From the NCBI GenBank assembly GCA_964400625.1, contig CAYNUS010000004.1, positions 26,164 to 90,163 on the forward strand: a DNA stretch of 64,000 nt, written 5' to 3'. Under the pieces are notes generated by a model, which saw nothing but the letters and a program-made list of their open reading frames with translations, did not search any database and was not told the DNA's origin. The DNA is from an uncultured Gammaproteobacteria bacterium (lineage in GTDB: Bacteria > Patescibacteriota > Patescibacteriia > SG8-24 > DYFX01). Below, piece after piece: positions 28,833 to 40,382 of this stretch (positions within the stretch are counted from its first letter, which is position 1; the number at the start of each line of letters is the position of its first letter). The position numbers and the translations under genes were made by a program.

Positions 28833-29129
28833 ATGGAGCGATTCGAGATGCCGAAGACGAACCCCGAGGCCGAACGCGTCGGACGGCTGGCGAAGTCCGC
28901 CGCCGAACTCGCGCCGAGCCTCGACCTGAAGCGTTACCCCAACGCGCATGTCCACGCGGCGCTCGACCGCGCGGGCATCAAGGACGCCGAGACCCGCGGA
29001 CGGCTCATCCCCGAGATCAAGAAGGCGCTGCATCGCGCCAAGCCCGTCCCTTTCTCGGAACGACCCGATCTCATCGAGGACGCGCGCATCCAGGAGTTGC
29101 GGCATCCCAAAGACGAAGACGAGGCTTGA
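28833..29129 (+). CDS. hypothetical small protein (98 aa)
   Basis: ATG at 28833 within the longer ORF 28632..29129. Ends inside the terminator hairpin. Confidence 0.4.
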   Translation: MERFEMPKTNPEAERVGRLAKSAAELAPSLDLKRYPNAHVHAALDRAGIKDAETRGRLIPEIKKALHRAKPVPFSERPDLIEDARIQELRHPKDEDEA

Positions 29130-29145
29130 GCCTCGTCTTTTTTCA
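29113..29145. terminator. bidirectional Rho-independent terminator
   Basis: AGACGAGGC-ttga-GCCTCGTCT followed by TTTTTT. Stop codons of both convergent genes are adjacent. Confidence 0.65.
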
Positions 29146-29697
29146 TGCGCGGATGGGATGTTCTTCGCGGAGCCGCTTCCGGAGCGTCCGGTGTTCGGGG
29201 ATCGCGCGGGCCACGAGCGCCCAGAAGCGCGTCGAATGGTCGAAGGCCAGCAGGTGGCAGAGCTCGTGGACGACGATGTAGTCGGCCAGGCGCGGCGGCA
29301 GGAGCGCGATGCGGTAGTTGAAGGACAGGCGTCCGTCGCGCGAGCAGCTGCCCCAGCGCGACGCTTGGTCGCGCACGGAAACGGCTTTCACCGCGACGCC
29401 GTAGGCCGGGGCGTAGCGCGCGATGGCGGCGTAGGCGAGGCGCCGGGCGGCTTCCTTGTGCGCGAGGTACGCACGCCGCGCCTCCGCCCTGCTCGGACGC
29501 GGCGCGACGAGGCGCATCGCTTCGGACGTCCGCGCGACCCAATCGGCCTGCGTCCGCATGAAGCGCACGACGGAGCTCCAGGTGACGCCGCGCGGGACCG
29601 TCACCGACGCGCGGCCGCCGGGATGCACGCGGATGCTGATCCGGCGGGCGCGCGGATGCGTGCGGAGCTCGGCCTCGAACGGCATCACTTCAGCCAC
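29143..29697 (-). CDS. M48 family metallopeptidase (YgjP/DUF45, SprT-like)
   Basis: 184 aa with the HELCHL zinc-binding motif. Confidence 0.8.
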   Translation of the reverse strand: MAEVMPFEAELRTHPRARRISIRVHPGGRASVTVPRGVTWSSVVRFMRTQADWVARTSEAMRLVAPRPSRAEARRAYLAHKEAARRLAYAAIARYAPAYGVAVKAVSVRDQASRWGSCSRDGRLSFNYRIALLPPRLADYIVVHELCHLLAFDHSTRFWALVARAIPEHRTLRKRLREEHPIRA

Positions 29698-30107
29698 ACG
29701 AGCGCGGAAGTCATCGCCGCGGCCGTCGCGCCGCAGACGAAGGCGCCCCAGGCGGCGTCGAGGAGCGACAGCCGGAGCGGCCAGCCCGCGAGCGTGGCGA
29801 GATTCGTGAAATCGTAGACGCCGTAGAGGATGAGGCCGTAGAGCGCGCCCCAGCCGAAGCCGGAGAGCGGCCCGGAGGCCGTCGGAACGACGAAGACCGC
29901 GAGGCCGACGAGCGCCAGGACGTAGACGAGCGCGGCCGCGCGCCAGAGCACGTCGATGCCCTCGCCTGCCTTGCGCGCGAGCGATCCGAGACCGCGGCGA
30001 TATTCCCCTTTCGCGACGACGCCCAGCCAGAGGGCGTCGAGCGCGAGGAAGACCGGCAATCCGATGAGGACGAGCTTCAGCGTCTGCATATGCGCGAAGT
30101 ATAGCAT
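29685..30107 (-). CDS. DUF2177-like membrane protein
   Basis: 140 aa with 4 TM helices. Confidence 0.5.
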   Translation of the reverse strand: MLYFAHMQTLKLVLIGLPVFLALDALWLGVVAKGEYRRGLGSLARKAGEGIDVLWRAAALVYVLALVGLAVFVVPTASGPLSGFGWGALYGLILYGVYDFTNLATLAGWPLRLSLLDAAWGAFVCGATAAAMTSALVWLK

Positions 30108-30141
30108 GCCGAAAGGCGCCCTTGCGGGCGCCTCACCGGCC

Positions 30142-32052
30142 TTATTGGCAGACCGCGCACTCCTCGTTGGCGAAGTCGCGGGCCTGGACCTTCATCTGGG
30201 CGTTATCGATGGCGTCGGCCTCGATCGGCGCGGCCGAGCGGAGGTAGTACAGGCTCTTGGCACCGGCCTTCCAAGCCAGGAAGTGCGCGTCGTGCAGGTA
30301 CTTGCCGCTGATGGGCGTCGGGAAGAAGAGGTTCACCGACTGCGACTGGCAGAGATACGGCTGGCGGTCGGCGGCCTGCTGGACGATCTCGCGCATGTTC
30401 ATCTCGTAGCCGGTGCGGAAGACGGCCTTCTCCTCGTCGGTGAGCTCCTCCATGTGCTGGACCGAGCCCTTGGCGGCGATGACCTTCTTCCAGGTCTCGG
30501 TGGTGTTGATGCCCTTCTTCTCGAAGAGCCTCTCGAGATGGCGGCTCTTCACGAGGAAGCTGCCCGAGAGCGTCTTCTGGAGGTAGGCGTTGCCGGTGAT
30601 GGGCTCGACGCAGGGCGTGGCCTCGCCGCAGATGAAGCTGATGGACGCCGTCGGCGCGATCGAGAGGATGTAGCTGTTGCGCTGGTCGCCGCCGTCGAGC
30701 GGGGCGCCGCGTTCCTCCTTGAGCGCCCGCGACGCGGCCTTCGCGTGCTTGTGGATCAGGCTGAAGATCTTCTTGTTCACGCCGCGCGCCGCCACGCTCT
30801 CGAACGGCAGGTTCTTCGACATCAGGTAGCCGTGGTAGCCCATGACGCCGAGGCCGATGGAGCGCTCGTGCAGGACGGAGTTGATCGACTTCGCGTAGTA
30901 CTTCGGGTCGGCCGCCTCGACGAAGTTGTCGAGGACGTTGTCGAGCGCGCGCACGGCGTCGGCGATGAGCGATTCCGCGTGCGGTTCCCACTCGTCGAAG
31001 CGCTCGAGGTTGAGCGACGAGAGGCAGCAGACGGCGGTGCGGTCATGCGTGGTCGGAAGCGTGATCTCCGAGCAGAGGTTGCTCTGCTGGATGAAGAGCC
31101 CCTTCTCCTTGTGGTGCTCCGGCACGGCGCGGTTCACGGTGTCGATGAAGAGCAGGTACGGCTCGCCCGTCTCGACGCGCGTCTTCAGGATCTTGCGCCA
31201 GACTTCGGTGGCGTCGAGCTCCTTCACCGCGACCTTCCGCTTCGGGTCGATGAGCTGATAGGTACGCTTCTCCTCGACCGCCTTCATGAACTCGTCGGTG
31301 ACGACGAGGCCGTGGTTGGTGTTGAGGCAGCGGCGGTTCATGTCGCCCACCGGCTTGCGGATGTCGATGAACTCCTCGATGTCCGGGTGGTCGACGCGCA
31401 GGTAGGCCGCGCCGGCGCCGCGCCGCACGCCGCCTTGCGAGACCGCGATGATCGACGAGTCCATCACCTTGATGAACGGGATGACGCCGGAGGAGGTGCC
31501 GCCCATCGAGAGCGGGGCGTTCTGCCCGCGGAGTTCCGACCAGTTGGTGCCGATGCCGCCGCCGTTCTTGGAGATGAAGGCGTTCTCGGTGTAGCCCTCG
31601 TAGATGCCCTCGATGCTGTCGGGGACGGTGTTCAGGAAGCACGAGATCGGCAGGCCGCGGTTGGTGTAGGTGTTGGTCAGGACCGGGGTGGCCGGCATGA
31701 ACCAGTTCATCGACATCGCGTCATAGAGCCGCTGGGCGTGCGCCGCCTCGCCGCGCGCCATGCCGCAGGCCACGCGCGAGAAGAACATCTGCGGGTCCTC
31801 GACGATCTGGCCCTTGGCGTCCTTCAGGAAGTAGCGGTCGCGCAGGTTCTCCAGGCCGAAATACGTGAGGAGCGCGTTGCGTTCCGGGCGCGTGACGATC
31901 TTGCGCTGGACGTCGGCGTCGCCCCGGTACTGGGGGGAATCCCAGCTGCCGCGCCCCTGCGTCTTGGCCAGCGTCTCCTCCAAGAGGATGTCGCGGGCGT
32001 CGGCGAGGTCGTTGTTGGACAGGGCGTCGATGACGGAAGCGTGGCGCGGCAT
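30142..32052 (-). CDS. nrdA: class I ribonucleoside-diphosphate reductase alpha subunit
   Basis: 636 aa with an ATP-cone-less N-terminus, catalytic Cys/Asn/Glu region (NLCSEITL), and a C-terminal Cys pair (ECAVCQ). Confidence 0.93.
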   Translation of the reverse strand: MPRHASVIDALSNNDLADARDILLEETLAKTQGRGSWDSPQYRGDADVQRKIVTRPERNALLTYFGLENLRDRYFLKDAKGQIVEDPQMFFSRVACGMARGEAAHAQRLYDAMSMNWFMPATPVLTNTYTNRGLPISCFLNTVPDSIEGIYEGYTENAFISKNGGGIGTNWSELRGQNAPLSMGGTSSGVIPFIKVMDSSIIAVSQGGVRRGAGAAYLRVDHPDIEEFIDIRKPVGDMNRRCLNTNHGLVVTDEFMKAVEEKRTYQLIDPKRKVAVKELDATEVWRKILKTRVETGEPYLLFIDTVNRAVPEHHKEKGLFIQQSNLCSEITLPTTHDRTAVCCLSSLNLERFDEWEPHAESLIADAVRALDNVLDNFVEAADPKYYAKSINSVLHERSIGLGVMGYHGYLMSKNLPFESVAARGVNKKIFSLIHKHAKAASRALKEERGAPLDGGDQRNSYILSIAPTASISFICGEATPCVEPITGNAYLQKTLSGSFLVKSRHLERLFEKKGINTTETWKKVIAAKGSVQHMEELTDEEKAVFRTGYEMNMREIVQQAADRQPYLCQSQSVNLFFPTPISGKYLHDAHFLAWKAGAKSLYYLRSAAPIEADAIDNAQMKVQARDFANEECAVCQ

Positions 32053-32097
32053 AGGCTGACTCGTGACGGATGAGTAAGCGGACGCGACGCGGAAGGC

Positions 32098-33099
32098 TCA
32101 GGCCCAATCCTCGAGGATGGCCCCCTTGCCGTACTCGGTCGCGCGGTTTTCGAAGAAGTTGGTGTGCTCCTTGGCGTTGACCATCGTGTCGAGCCAGAGC
32201 AACGGGTTGGCGGTGCGGTAGCGGGGCTCGAGGCCGATCTCCTGGAGCTTCTTGTCGGCGGTGTAGCGGATGTAGGCCTTCACCTGGTCGGCCGTAAGGC
32301 CCGGCACGGCGCCCATCGAGAAGCAGGTGTCGATGAAGCTGTCTTCCAGGCGCACCATCTCCTCGCAGGCGCCGTAGACGCGTTCCTGGAACGCCGGCGT
32401 CCAGATCTGCTTGTTCTCGGCGATGAGGTCGCGGAAGAGATGGCAGACGCCTTTGCTGTGGAGGCTCTCGTCGCGGATGCTCCAGGTGATGATCTGTCCG
32501 ACGCCCTTCAGCTTCCCCATGCGCGGGAAGTTCATCAGGATGGCGAAGCTCGAGAACAGGCTGACGCCTTCCATGAAGGCTCCGAAGACGGCGAGGTTGA
32601 GCGCGATGTTCTCGACCGAGTCGGTCTTGAAGTCCTGGAGGTACTGGTACTTGTTCCGCATCGCCTCGTATTCGAGGAAGGCGGAATATTCACGCTCCGG
32701 CAGGCCGAGCGAGTCGTTCAGGTAAGAGTAGGCCCAGACGTGGATGCTCTCCATGGCGGCGAAGGCCGAGAGCATCATCTTGATCTCCGGTTTCGGGAAG
32801 GCCGGGATCAGGTTCGTGTTGTAGTTGTTGTTGACCTCGATGTCGCCTTGGGTGAAGAAGCGGAGGATCTGGACGATGAGGTTCTTCTCCTCGGGCGACA
32901 GGCGGAAGCGGTAGTCGGCGATGTCGGCTTCCATCGGGACCTCCGTCGGCATCCAGTGCGCCTGGTTCTGTTTCTGGAAATATTCGAAGTAGTGCTGGTA
33001 CTCGAACGGCCGGTAGAATTTGCGCGGCGTGAGGATCCTCGAGGTGCTCATAGTCTGGTGCGTTTCGTGTCCTTCCGTAAAAAACGGCAGGGACCGCAT
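32098..33099 (-). CDS. nrdB: ribonucleoside-diphosphate reductase beta subunit
   Basis: Ferritin-like di-iron ligands (E...EXXH twice). The true start may be at MSTSRIL (33051). Confidence 0.9.
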   Translation of the reverse strand: MRSLPFFTEGHETHQTMSTSRILTPRKFYRPFEYQHYFEYFQKQNQAHWMPTEVPMEADIADYRFRLSPEEKNLIVQILRFFTQGDIEVNNNYNTNLIPAFPKPEIKMMLSAFAAMESIHVWAYSYLNDSLGLPEREYSAFLEYEAMRNKYQYLQDFKTDSVENIALNLAVFGAFMEGVSLFSSFAILMNFPRMGKLKGVGQIITWSIRDESLHSKGVCHLFRDLIAENKQIWTPAFQERVYGACEEMVRLEDSFIDTCFSMGAVPGLTADQVKAYIRYTADKKLQEIGLEPRYRTANPLLWLDTMVNAKEHTNFFENRATEYGKGAILEDWA

Positions 33100-33101
33100 T
33101 T

Positions 33102-33116
33102 CACAATATCTTGTGT
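33102..33116 (-). promoter_or_regulatory. candidate NrdR box upstream of nrdB
   Basis: Near-palindrome CACAATATCTTGTGT resembling the acaCwAtATaTwGtgt NrdR consensus. A weaker second half-site lies about 34 bp away. Confidence 0.35.
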
Positions 33117-33256
33117 CATGCGGTCCCAGTATACCACTAGCTGTTGTGTCCGTACTCCCCTTCCGTGTGGATAACGTCCGGTCCGCTCACGACACAGCTG
33201 CCTCAGCTTAATCGGTCGCGGAAACGGTGGCCAGAGGATAACCCGTGGACAGGTTT

Positions 33257-34231
33257 TCAGCCTCCGGAAAGCAGCCGTTCCACGAGCCGGGAGGCCTCCG
33301 CCAGCCGCGTTTCGGGGGCGCCGCGCAGGACCGCGTAGGGCACGTCCTGGCCGGCGAGGACCTCCTCGAAGCGCGCGTGCATCCCGTGCCGCAGGTGCTC
33401 GCCGTCGCGCAGGCCGTCCTGCACGAACGGGATCTCGTCGCCGGTCAGGAGATACAGGTGCGGACGATGCGCGGCCGCGAACGCCTCTACCTCCGGCGCG
33501 CGCGTCCCGACGTAGCGCTCATGCCAGACGGCCGTCGCGAGCGCGTCGGTGTCGGAGAAGATGACGCGGTCGGCGGAGCGCGCGAGCCGCTCGATGCCCG
33601 CGTGCTGAGTCTCGGCGATGTGCATGAATTCGTCGGTGCGCCAGGCCTTGTCCGGCGAGGCGTACTTCCCTTCCGCGTAGTGGCGCCCGTATTCGGGGAC
33701 CCAGACCGTGCCGAAACGCTCCGCCAGCGCCCGCGTGAGCGTCGTCGTGCCGGTGGATTCCGCCCCGAGGACCGTGACGCGCCTGGCGAAGTGCGCGCGG
33801 ACGGGCGGCTCCAGGAATTCCCAGGCCTTCAAGGGGTTCTCGCGCACTTTGGTGCCGGAAATCGGCACCCGCGCGCGGTCCATGTCGACCAGCACGTGCT
33901 CGCAGCCCATCGCGCGGCACCACGGCTCGCCGTAGGCTTCCGACGTGAAGGCGGCGTCAGGCTTCCCGATCCATCCGATCGTCGCCCTCGCCCAGCCCGG
34001 CGAGTCCGCATCATCGAGGTCGTCTTGCGGGACCGCGAGGACCTCGGCGCGCGGATGGATCTCGCTGATCCAGGATGCGCGAAGCTCGCCGGGGATGCGC
34101 TGGCCCTCCGCATGCACGACGATGACGGAGACGCGGTCGCTCCGTTCGAGCGCCGTGTCGATGAGCAGCTTGTGTCCGCGATGCGGCGGATAGAACTTGC
34201 CGATCACGACGGCGTGCCCGTAGCGCTTCAT
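33257..34231 (-). CDS. nadR: NadR-type NMN adenylyltransferase / ribosylnicotinamide kinase
   Basis: Internal start MKRYGHAVVIGKFYPPHRGH (the HxGH nucleotidyltransferase motif) plus a C-terminal P-loop kinase (GAESTGTTTL). Confidence 0.85.
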   Translation of the reverse strand: MKRYGHAVVIGKFYPPHRGHKLLIDTALERSDRVSVIVVHAEGQRIPGELRASWISEIHPRAEVLAVPQDDLDDADSPGWARATIGWIGKPDAAFTSEAYGEPWCRAMGCEHVLVDMDRARVPISGTKVRENPLKAWEFLEPPVRAHFARRVTVLGAESTGTTTLTRALAERFGTVWVPEYGRHYAEGKYASPDKAWRTDEFMHIAETQHAGIERLARSADRVIFSDTDALATAVWHERYVGTRAPEVEAFAAAHRPHLYLLTGDEIPFVQDGLRDGEHLRHGMHARFEEVLAGQDVPYAVLRGAPETRLAEASRLVERLLSGG

Positions 34232-34968
34232 ACCGCCTTCGCTTCGCGGGCCGCGAGGAGCGCGCGCCACTTGTAGAGGCCGCCCGAGGCGAGGATGAGG
34301 AACAGCACGTATTCGAGCGCGATGAAGCGCACGCCCTTCACGTCGTACAGCCAGACGCCGATGACGTCGACCAGGATCCAGAGATACCAGCACTCGACCT
34401 TCCTGCGGATCATGAGGTAGGTGGCGACGAAACTCAGGACCGTCGTGAAGGCGTCGAGGTACGGGTAGTCGGCCGGCGCGGCGAAGACGGCGGGCAGGAG
34501 CAGGTCCGCGCGGGCCATGAAGGCGCCGAGCGCGAGCGAGCCGAGGAGCGTGACGGCTCCGGCGATCGCGAGCTCGCGCGGCGTCCCGCGGCTCACGACG
34601 AGCTCCTTCCGCGCCTCGGTCCCTTCCGCGCGCTTCGGGCGCGTCCAGGCCCACCAGCCCCAGAGGCCCGTGAAGAAGAAATAGGCCTGCTCGACCATGT
34701 CCGAATAGAGGCGGATCTCGCGGAACAGCAGGAAGAAGAGGACGACCCCGACCAGCCCGACCGGCCAGTTGCGCGGGTCGTTCCTCGACGCCAGCCAGAC
34801 GCAGGCGACGTTGAAGAGCGTCCCGAAGAACTCGATGTAGCTCATCGGATATCCCAGCACGGTGAAGAACACGGTCTCGACGCTCAGGATGTCCGGCATG
34901 GCGCTCGGGTTATCGGGCCAGCGCCCGTCGCCTCCAGCGTAGTTCCTTAGTTCGTGTACTGTCAACAC
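34228..34968 (-). CDS. pnuC: nicotinamide riboside transporter PnuC
   Basis: Polytopic membrane protein with PnuC-like W-rich helices. Overlaps nadR by 4 nt. The start may be an internal Met. Confidence 0.78.
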   Translation of the reverse strand: MLTVHELRNYAGGDGRWPDNPSAMPDILSVETVFFTVLGYPMSYIEFFGTLFNVACVWLASRNDPRNWPVGLVGVVLFFLLFREIRLYSDMVEQAYFFFTGLWGWWAWTRPKRAEGTEARKELVVSRGTPRELAIAGAVTLLGSLALGAFMARADLLLPAVFAAPADYPYLDAFTTVLSFVATYLMIRRKVECWYLWILVDVIGVWLYDVKGVRFIALEYVLFLILASGGLYKWRALLAAREAKAV

Positions 34969-35030
34969 TTAGTAATGCACAGCGCTCGGGACATTGCCGG
35001 GAGGCCCGAAACGCGGTAGGTTGAGGCGCC

Positions 35031-36803
<1,773 letters not shown>

Positions 36804-36846
36804 CGCGCCGCCGTTTTCCTGCCATCCTCCTCGCGGAGGAAATGCC

Positions 36847-37164
36847 ATGACCTCGACCGAACGTTTCCGCCTCAAGTTCTTCTCGCCGCTGCACTTCGCC
36901 ATCCGCTGGGCCTCCGAACGCCCGGGCTACGTCGCCGGCGACTGCTACGTCGTCGTCTTCACGGCCGACGCCGACGCGGGGACCCCGACCATGGCGCCGA
37001 TGGCGCCCGAGGAGATCCGCGCCTACCTCGCCGAGCGCGTCGACATGCTCGGAGGCCAGATCCACGACTGCGTCGGCCTCTCCGTGGAGGATGCCGACGG
37101 CCGCGCCGTCGACTTCGTGGAGCCGATCCGCGTCCGCAACCGTCCGCTCGACGTCCGCATCTGA
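36847..37164 (+). CDS. hypothetical small protein (105 aa)
   Basis: ORF followed by a terminator. No family recognised. Confidence 0.4.
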   Translation: MTSTERFRLKFFSPLHFAIRWASERPGYVAGDCYVVVFTADADAGTPTMAPMAPEEIRAYLAERVDMLGGQIHDCVGLSVEDADGRAVDFVEPIRVRNRPLDVRI

Positions 37165-37165
37165 A

Positions 37166-37195
37166 GCAAAGCGCCCCTCGCAGGGCGCTTTTTCC
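37166..37195 (+). terminator. Rho-independent terminator
   Basis: GCGCCC-ctcgca-GGGCGC followed by TTTTT. Confidence 0.6.
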
Positions 37196-37197
37196 TT

Positions 37198-38529
37198 TCA
37201 GAACGGCTTCTTGTCGTCGAACCATCCCCGCTCGAGCGGCCGGAAGGCGTAGAGGGCGCCGTTCACGCTGGCGTAGACGACGGTCGGCGCCGAGGCGAGC
37301 CAGACGTCGGTGCGCGCGTGGTTGGTGAGCGGGCCGTACTCGAGGAACGGGTACCAGGTTTCCCCGTCCGGCGAGACGATGACGCCGAACTTCGGCACGA
37401 CCTCGCCGACCTCGTTGGCTTCGGTGTGGATCGCGGCGTAGTAGATGCCGTTCACGTTCAGCAGGCTGTAGACGTAGCCGGCGTAGCCGTGCGGGATCGG
37501 GTTCCAGACCTCGCGGGTCGCGCCTTCCGCGGCATCGTAGACGGCCAAGCCGTGGCCGTGGAGCTGGTCCGGGCCGAGCAGCCAGCGGAAGCCGCCCGAC
37601 ATCGCGACGGAGGCCGTGAAGCCTTCGTCCCAGACCTGCTTCCAGGTGGCGCCGCCGTCCGGCGACATGAAGGCGAAGCGCGCGACGTCGCCCGTGCCCA
37701 CGACGATCTGTTCCTTGGCCTTGTCGTAGATCACGCCATGGAGGTGGCGCAGCATGTAGCGGTCGTCGCCTTCGCGGTAGGTGCGCGCGTACTGCGGGAA
37801 GAGGGCCTGGAAATCGATCCATGGCTCCCAGTTGAAGCCGTCGTTGGGGCTGCGGTAGAGCACGGCGCGGTTGCGCTCGTGCGTCGTGGCGTAGACGTTC
37901 CCCTTTCCGTCATCCGTCATCGACCAGAACATCGCGACGTCCTCGAGCACGAGGTGCCAGGTGGCGAACCCGTCGTCGGAACGGTACAGCCGCACGGGAC
38001 CGTCGATCTGCAGATAGACGACGCCCTTGGAATCCCCGTGGATGCGGATCTCGCCGCGCTCGGAACTCGCCTTGAAGACGCGTTCGGCGCGGCCGTTCTC
38101 GGGCAGCTTCCAGAGCGAACGCGAACCGTCCGGTTCCGTGACGGCCATGAGCAGCGTGAGCGTCGGCGTGTGGTAGTAGAGCTTGTTGATGTCGCCGATG
38201 GCCTCCGGCAGCGGGACGCGCTGGCGTCCGAGGGCGCTGCCCGTGAGGTTCACGGTCGGCGGCGGAAGGTAGCCGATCGACGGGACGGCGACCTGCTCCT
38301 CCTCGACATCCTCGGCGGCGTCGGTGCCGGTGGCCGTTTCCGTCTGCGCGTCGAGGAGCTCCTCGGCGGTCGGGAGTTCGCCGATGAAGACGGGGCTTTG
38401 GACCAGGGCAGGCGGCTTCGGTGCGGGCTTGGCCTTGATGAGCGCGAAAATCCCGGCGCCGAGAAGCGCCGCGGCCGCGAGCGTCAGGATGATGAAGGAG
38501 AGGCGCCGCATACGCGTCCACTGTAGCAC
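37198..38529 (-). CDS. membrane-anchored beta-propeller protein (sialidase/BNR-like fold), hypothetical
   Basis: 443 aa with an N-terminal TM helix and repeated D-G-x-T/W blades. Confidence 0.5.
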   Translation of the reverse strand: MLQWTRMRRLSFIILTLAAAALLGAGIFALIKAKPAPKPPALVQSPVFIGELPTAEELLDAQTETATGTDAAEDVEEEQVAVPSIGYLPPPTVNLTGSALGRQRVPLPEAIGDINKLYYHTPTLTLLMAVTEPDGSRSLWKLPENGRAERVFKASSERGEIRIHGDSKGVVYLQIDGPVRLYRSDDGFATWHLVLEDVAMFWSMTDDGKGNVYATTHERNRAVLYRSPNDGFNWEPWIDFQALFPQYARTYREGDDRYMLRHLHGVIYDKAKEQIVVGTGDVARFAFMSPDGGATWKQVWDEGFTASVAMSGGFRWLLGPDQLHGHGLAVYDAAEGATREVWNPIPHGYAGYVYSLLNVNGIYYAAIHTEANEVGEVVPKFGVIVSPDGETWYPFLEYGPLTNHARTDVWLASAPTVVYASVNGALYAFRPLERGWFDDKKPF

Positions 38530-38539
38530 GAGGCCGGTC

Positions 38540-39757
38540 TCAGAGCTTGTCCTGCCACCGGCGGACGACCTCGTCGAAGGCGGGCCGATCCGCCTCGTTC
38601 ACGGGATCCGTGCCGGGGAACGTCTCGCGCATGGGGTTGATCTTCACGCCGTTCTTGACCATCTCGTAGTGGAGGTGCGGTCCGGTGGAGAAACCCGTCG
38701 AGCCGACGTAGCCGATGACCTGGCCTTGCGAGACCTTGGCGCCGCGCTTCACCGCGATGCGCGACATGTGCGCGTAGTTCGTGGTGTACGTCCCGTTGTG
38801 GCGCACGCTCACCTTGTTGCCGTACGGGCCGTCCCAGCCCGCGAAGGCGACGACGCCGTCGGCGGTGGAGCGGATGGGCGTGCCGGCCGAGGCGGCGTAA
38901 TCGATGGCGCGGTGGCCGGTCGAGGTGTTGAAGGCGGCGACGTAGCGCATGCCGGTCGTGAAGCCGGAGGTGATGTACTTGAAGGCGAGCGGCGCCTTCA
39001 GGAACATCTTCTTGAGCGAGACGCCCTTCTCGTCGTAGTAGCCTTCCTCGCCGTCGGATTCGACGAAGCGGAATCCGCGGTAGGTCGTCCCGGCGTTCAC
39101 GTACTCCGCCGCGTGCACGGCGCCCGGCATGACGTAGGCGCCGTCGCGCCAGCGCTCCTCGTAGATGAACTTGAAGGTGTCGCCGACGCGGACGTCCTGC
39201 GCGAAGTCGATGGTCCATTCGAAGACGCCGGCCAGCTCGATCACGGCGCGCTCGTCGAGGCCCTGCGCGAGCGCGGCGGCGTACAGCGACGATTCGATCG
39301 TGCCTTCGACGGTCCGCTCGCGGATCTCGTAGGCGATCGTCTCCTTCACGGCGGTCCAGGCGCCTCCTTCCTTGCGGACGTGCAGCTCCTCCTCGTCGTC
39401 GATGGCATAGACGAGCTCGACGTAGGCGCCGCCGGGCGCGTCGCGATAGAGGTCGATCGTCTTCCCCGCGCGGATGCTCGCGAGGTCGTAGACGTCCTTC
39501 GAGGCGGCGTAGATGGCGGTGGCATCGGAGCCGGCGACGCCGGAATCCTCCATGAGGACGCTGAACGTGGCCTGCGGAGGGATCTCGATGCGGTCGACGG
39601 GACGCTCGGGCGCCTTGGGCGCCTCGGGTTCGGCGGCCTCGAACGCGGTTTCCGCCCCTTGCCGGCCTTCGACGGATTTCGAAGACGGCCACAGCACGGC
39701 TAGGCCGGCCGCGAGCGAAATCAAGCCTAATGCCAACGTGAGCGCCCTGGTCTTCAT
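38540..39757 (-). CDS. M23 family metallopeptidase
   Basis: HxxxD ... HLHYE motifs of LytM/M23 at the C-terminus. N-terminal signal/anchor. Confidence 0.8.
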   Translation of the reverse strand: MKTRALTLALGLISLAAGLAVLWPSSKSVEGRQGAETAFEAAEPEAPKAPERPVDRIEIPPQATFSVLMEDSGVAGSDATAIYAASKDVYDLASIRAGKTIDLYRDAPGGAYVELVYAIDDEEELHVRKEGGAWTAVKETIAYEIRERTVEGTIESSLYAAALAQGLDERAVIELAGVFEWTIDFAQDVRVGDTFKFIYEERWRDGAYVMPGAVHAAEYVNAGTTYRGFRFVESDGEEGYYDEKGVSLKKMFLKAPLAFKYITSGFTTGMRYVAAFNTSTGHRAIDYAASAGTPIRSTADGVVAFAGWDGPYGNKVSVRHNGTYTTNYAHMSRIAVKRGAKVSQGQVIGYVGSTGFSTGPHLHYEMVKNGVKINPMRETFPGTDPVNEADRPAFDEVVRRWQDKL

Positions 39758-39803
39758 AGGCCGTATGGTAGCTCAGACGGCCGGTCGCGTAAATCTTACG
39801 TCC

Positions 39804-40376
39804 TCACGCCTGCGGCTTGAGCAGGCTGCGGAACGTCTCGCGGAACTTCGCGAGTTTCGGATCGATCACGAGCTGGCAGTAGGGGTTCTCGCCGCGGTTC
39901 TTGGCGTAGTAGTCGCGGTGATAATCCTCGGCGTCCCAGAACTTCTCCAAGGGCTTCAGTTCCGTCACGACCTCGCGTCCGCCGTAGCCGCCCGCGGCTT
40001 TCAGCTCGTCGATGACCGCCTCCGCGTCCGCCTTCTGGCGTTCGTCGGCGTACAGGATGATGGACCGGTACTGCGTGCCGACGTCGTTGCCCTGGCGGTT
40101 GAGCGTGGTCGGGTCGTGCGTGGCGAAGAAGACCTTCAGGAGGTCGGCGTACGACAGCGCGGACGGATCGAACTCGACGCGGATGACTTCGGCGTGGCCG
40201 GTATCGCCGCCGCACACCTGTTCGTACGTCGGGTCCGGCTTCTCGCCGCCGGCGTAGCCCGGCATCACCGAAACGACACCCCTCAATTCCTTGAAGATGG
40301 ACTCCGTGCACCAGAAACAGCCTCCACCGAACACCGCGGATTCAGTATGCATAGTATGTGGTATCATCGGCATCAT
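39804..40376 (-). CDS. msrA: peptide-methionine (S)-S-oxide reductase
   Basis: GCFWC active-site motif. The start could instead be the Met at 40352. Confidence 0.9.
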   Translation of the reverse strand: MMPMIPHTMHTESAVFGGGCFWCTESIFKELRGVVSVMPGYAGGEKPDPTYEQVCGGDTGHAEVIRVEFDPSALSYADLLKVFFATHDPTTLNRQGNDVGTQYRSIILYADERQKADAEAVIDELKAAGGYGGREVVTELKPLEKFWDAEDYHRDYYAKNRGENPYCQLVIDPKLAKFRETFRSLLKPQA

Positions 40377-40382
40377 ACACCT

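Noticed and set aside
33245-34276. 343-aa plus-strand ORF antisense to nadR
   Set aside because: The minus strand encodes a recognisable NadR with nucleotidyltransferase and P-loop motifs.
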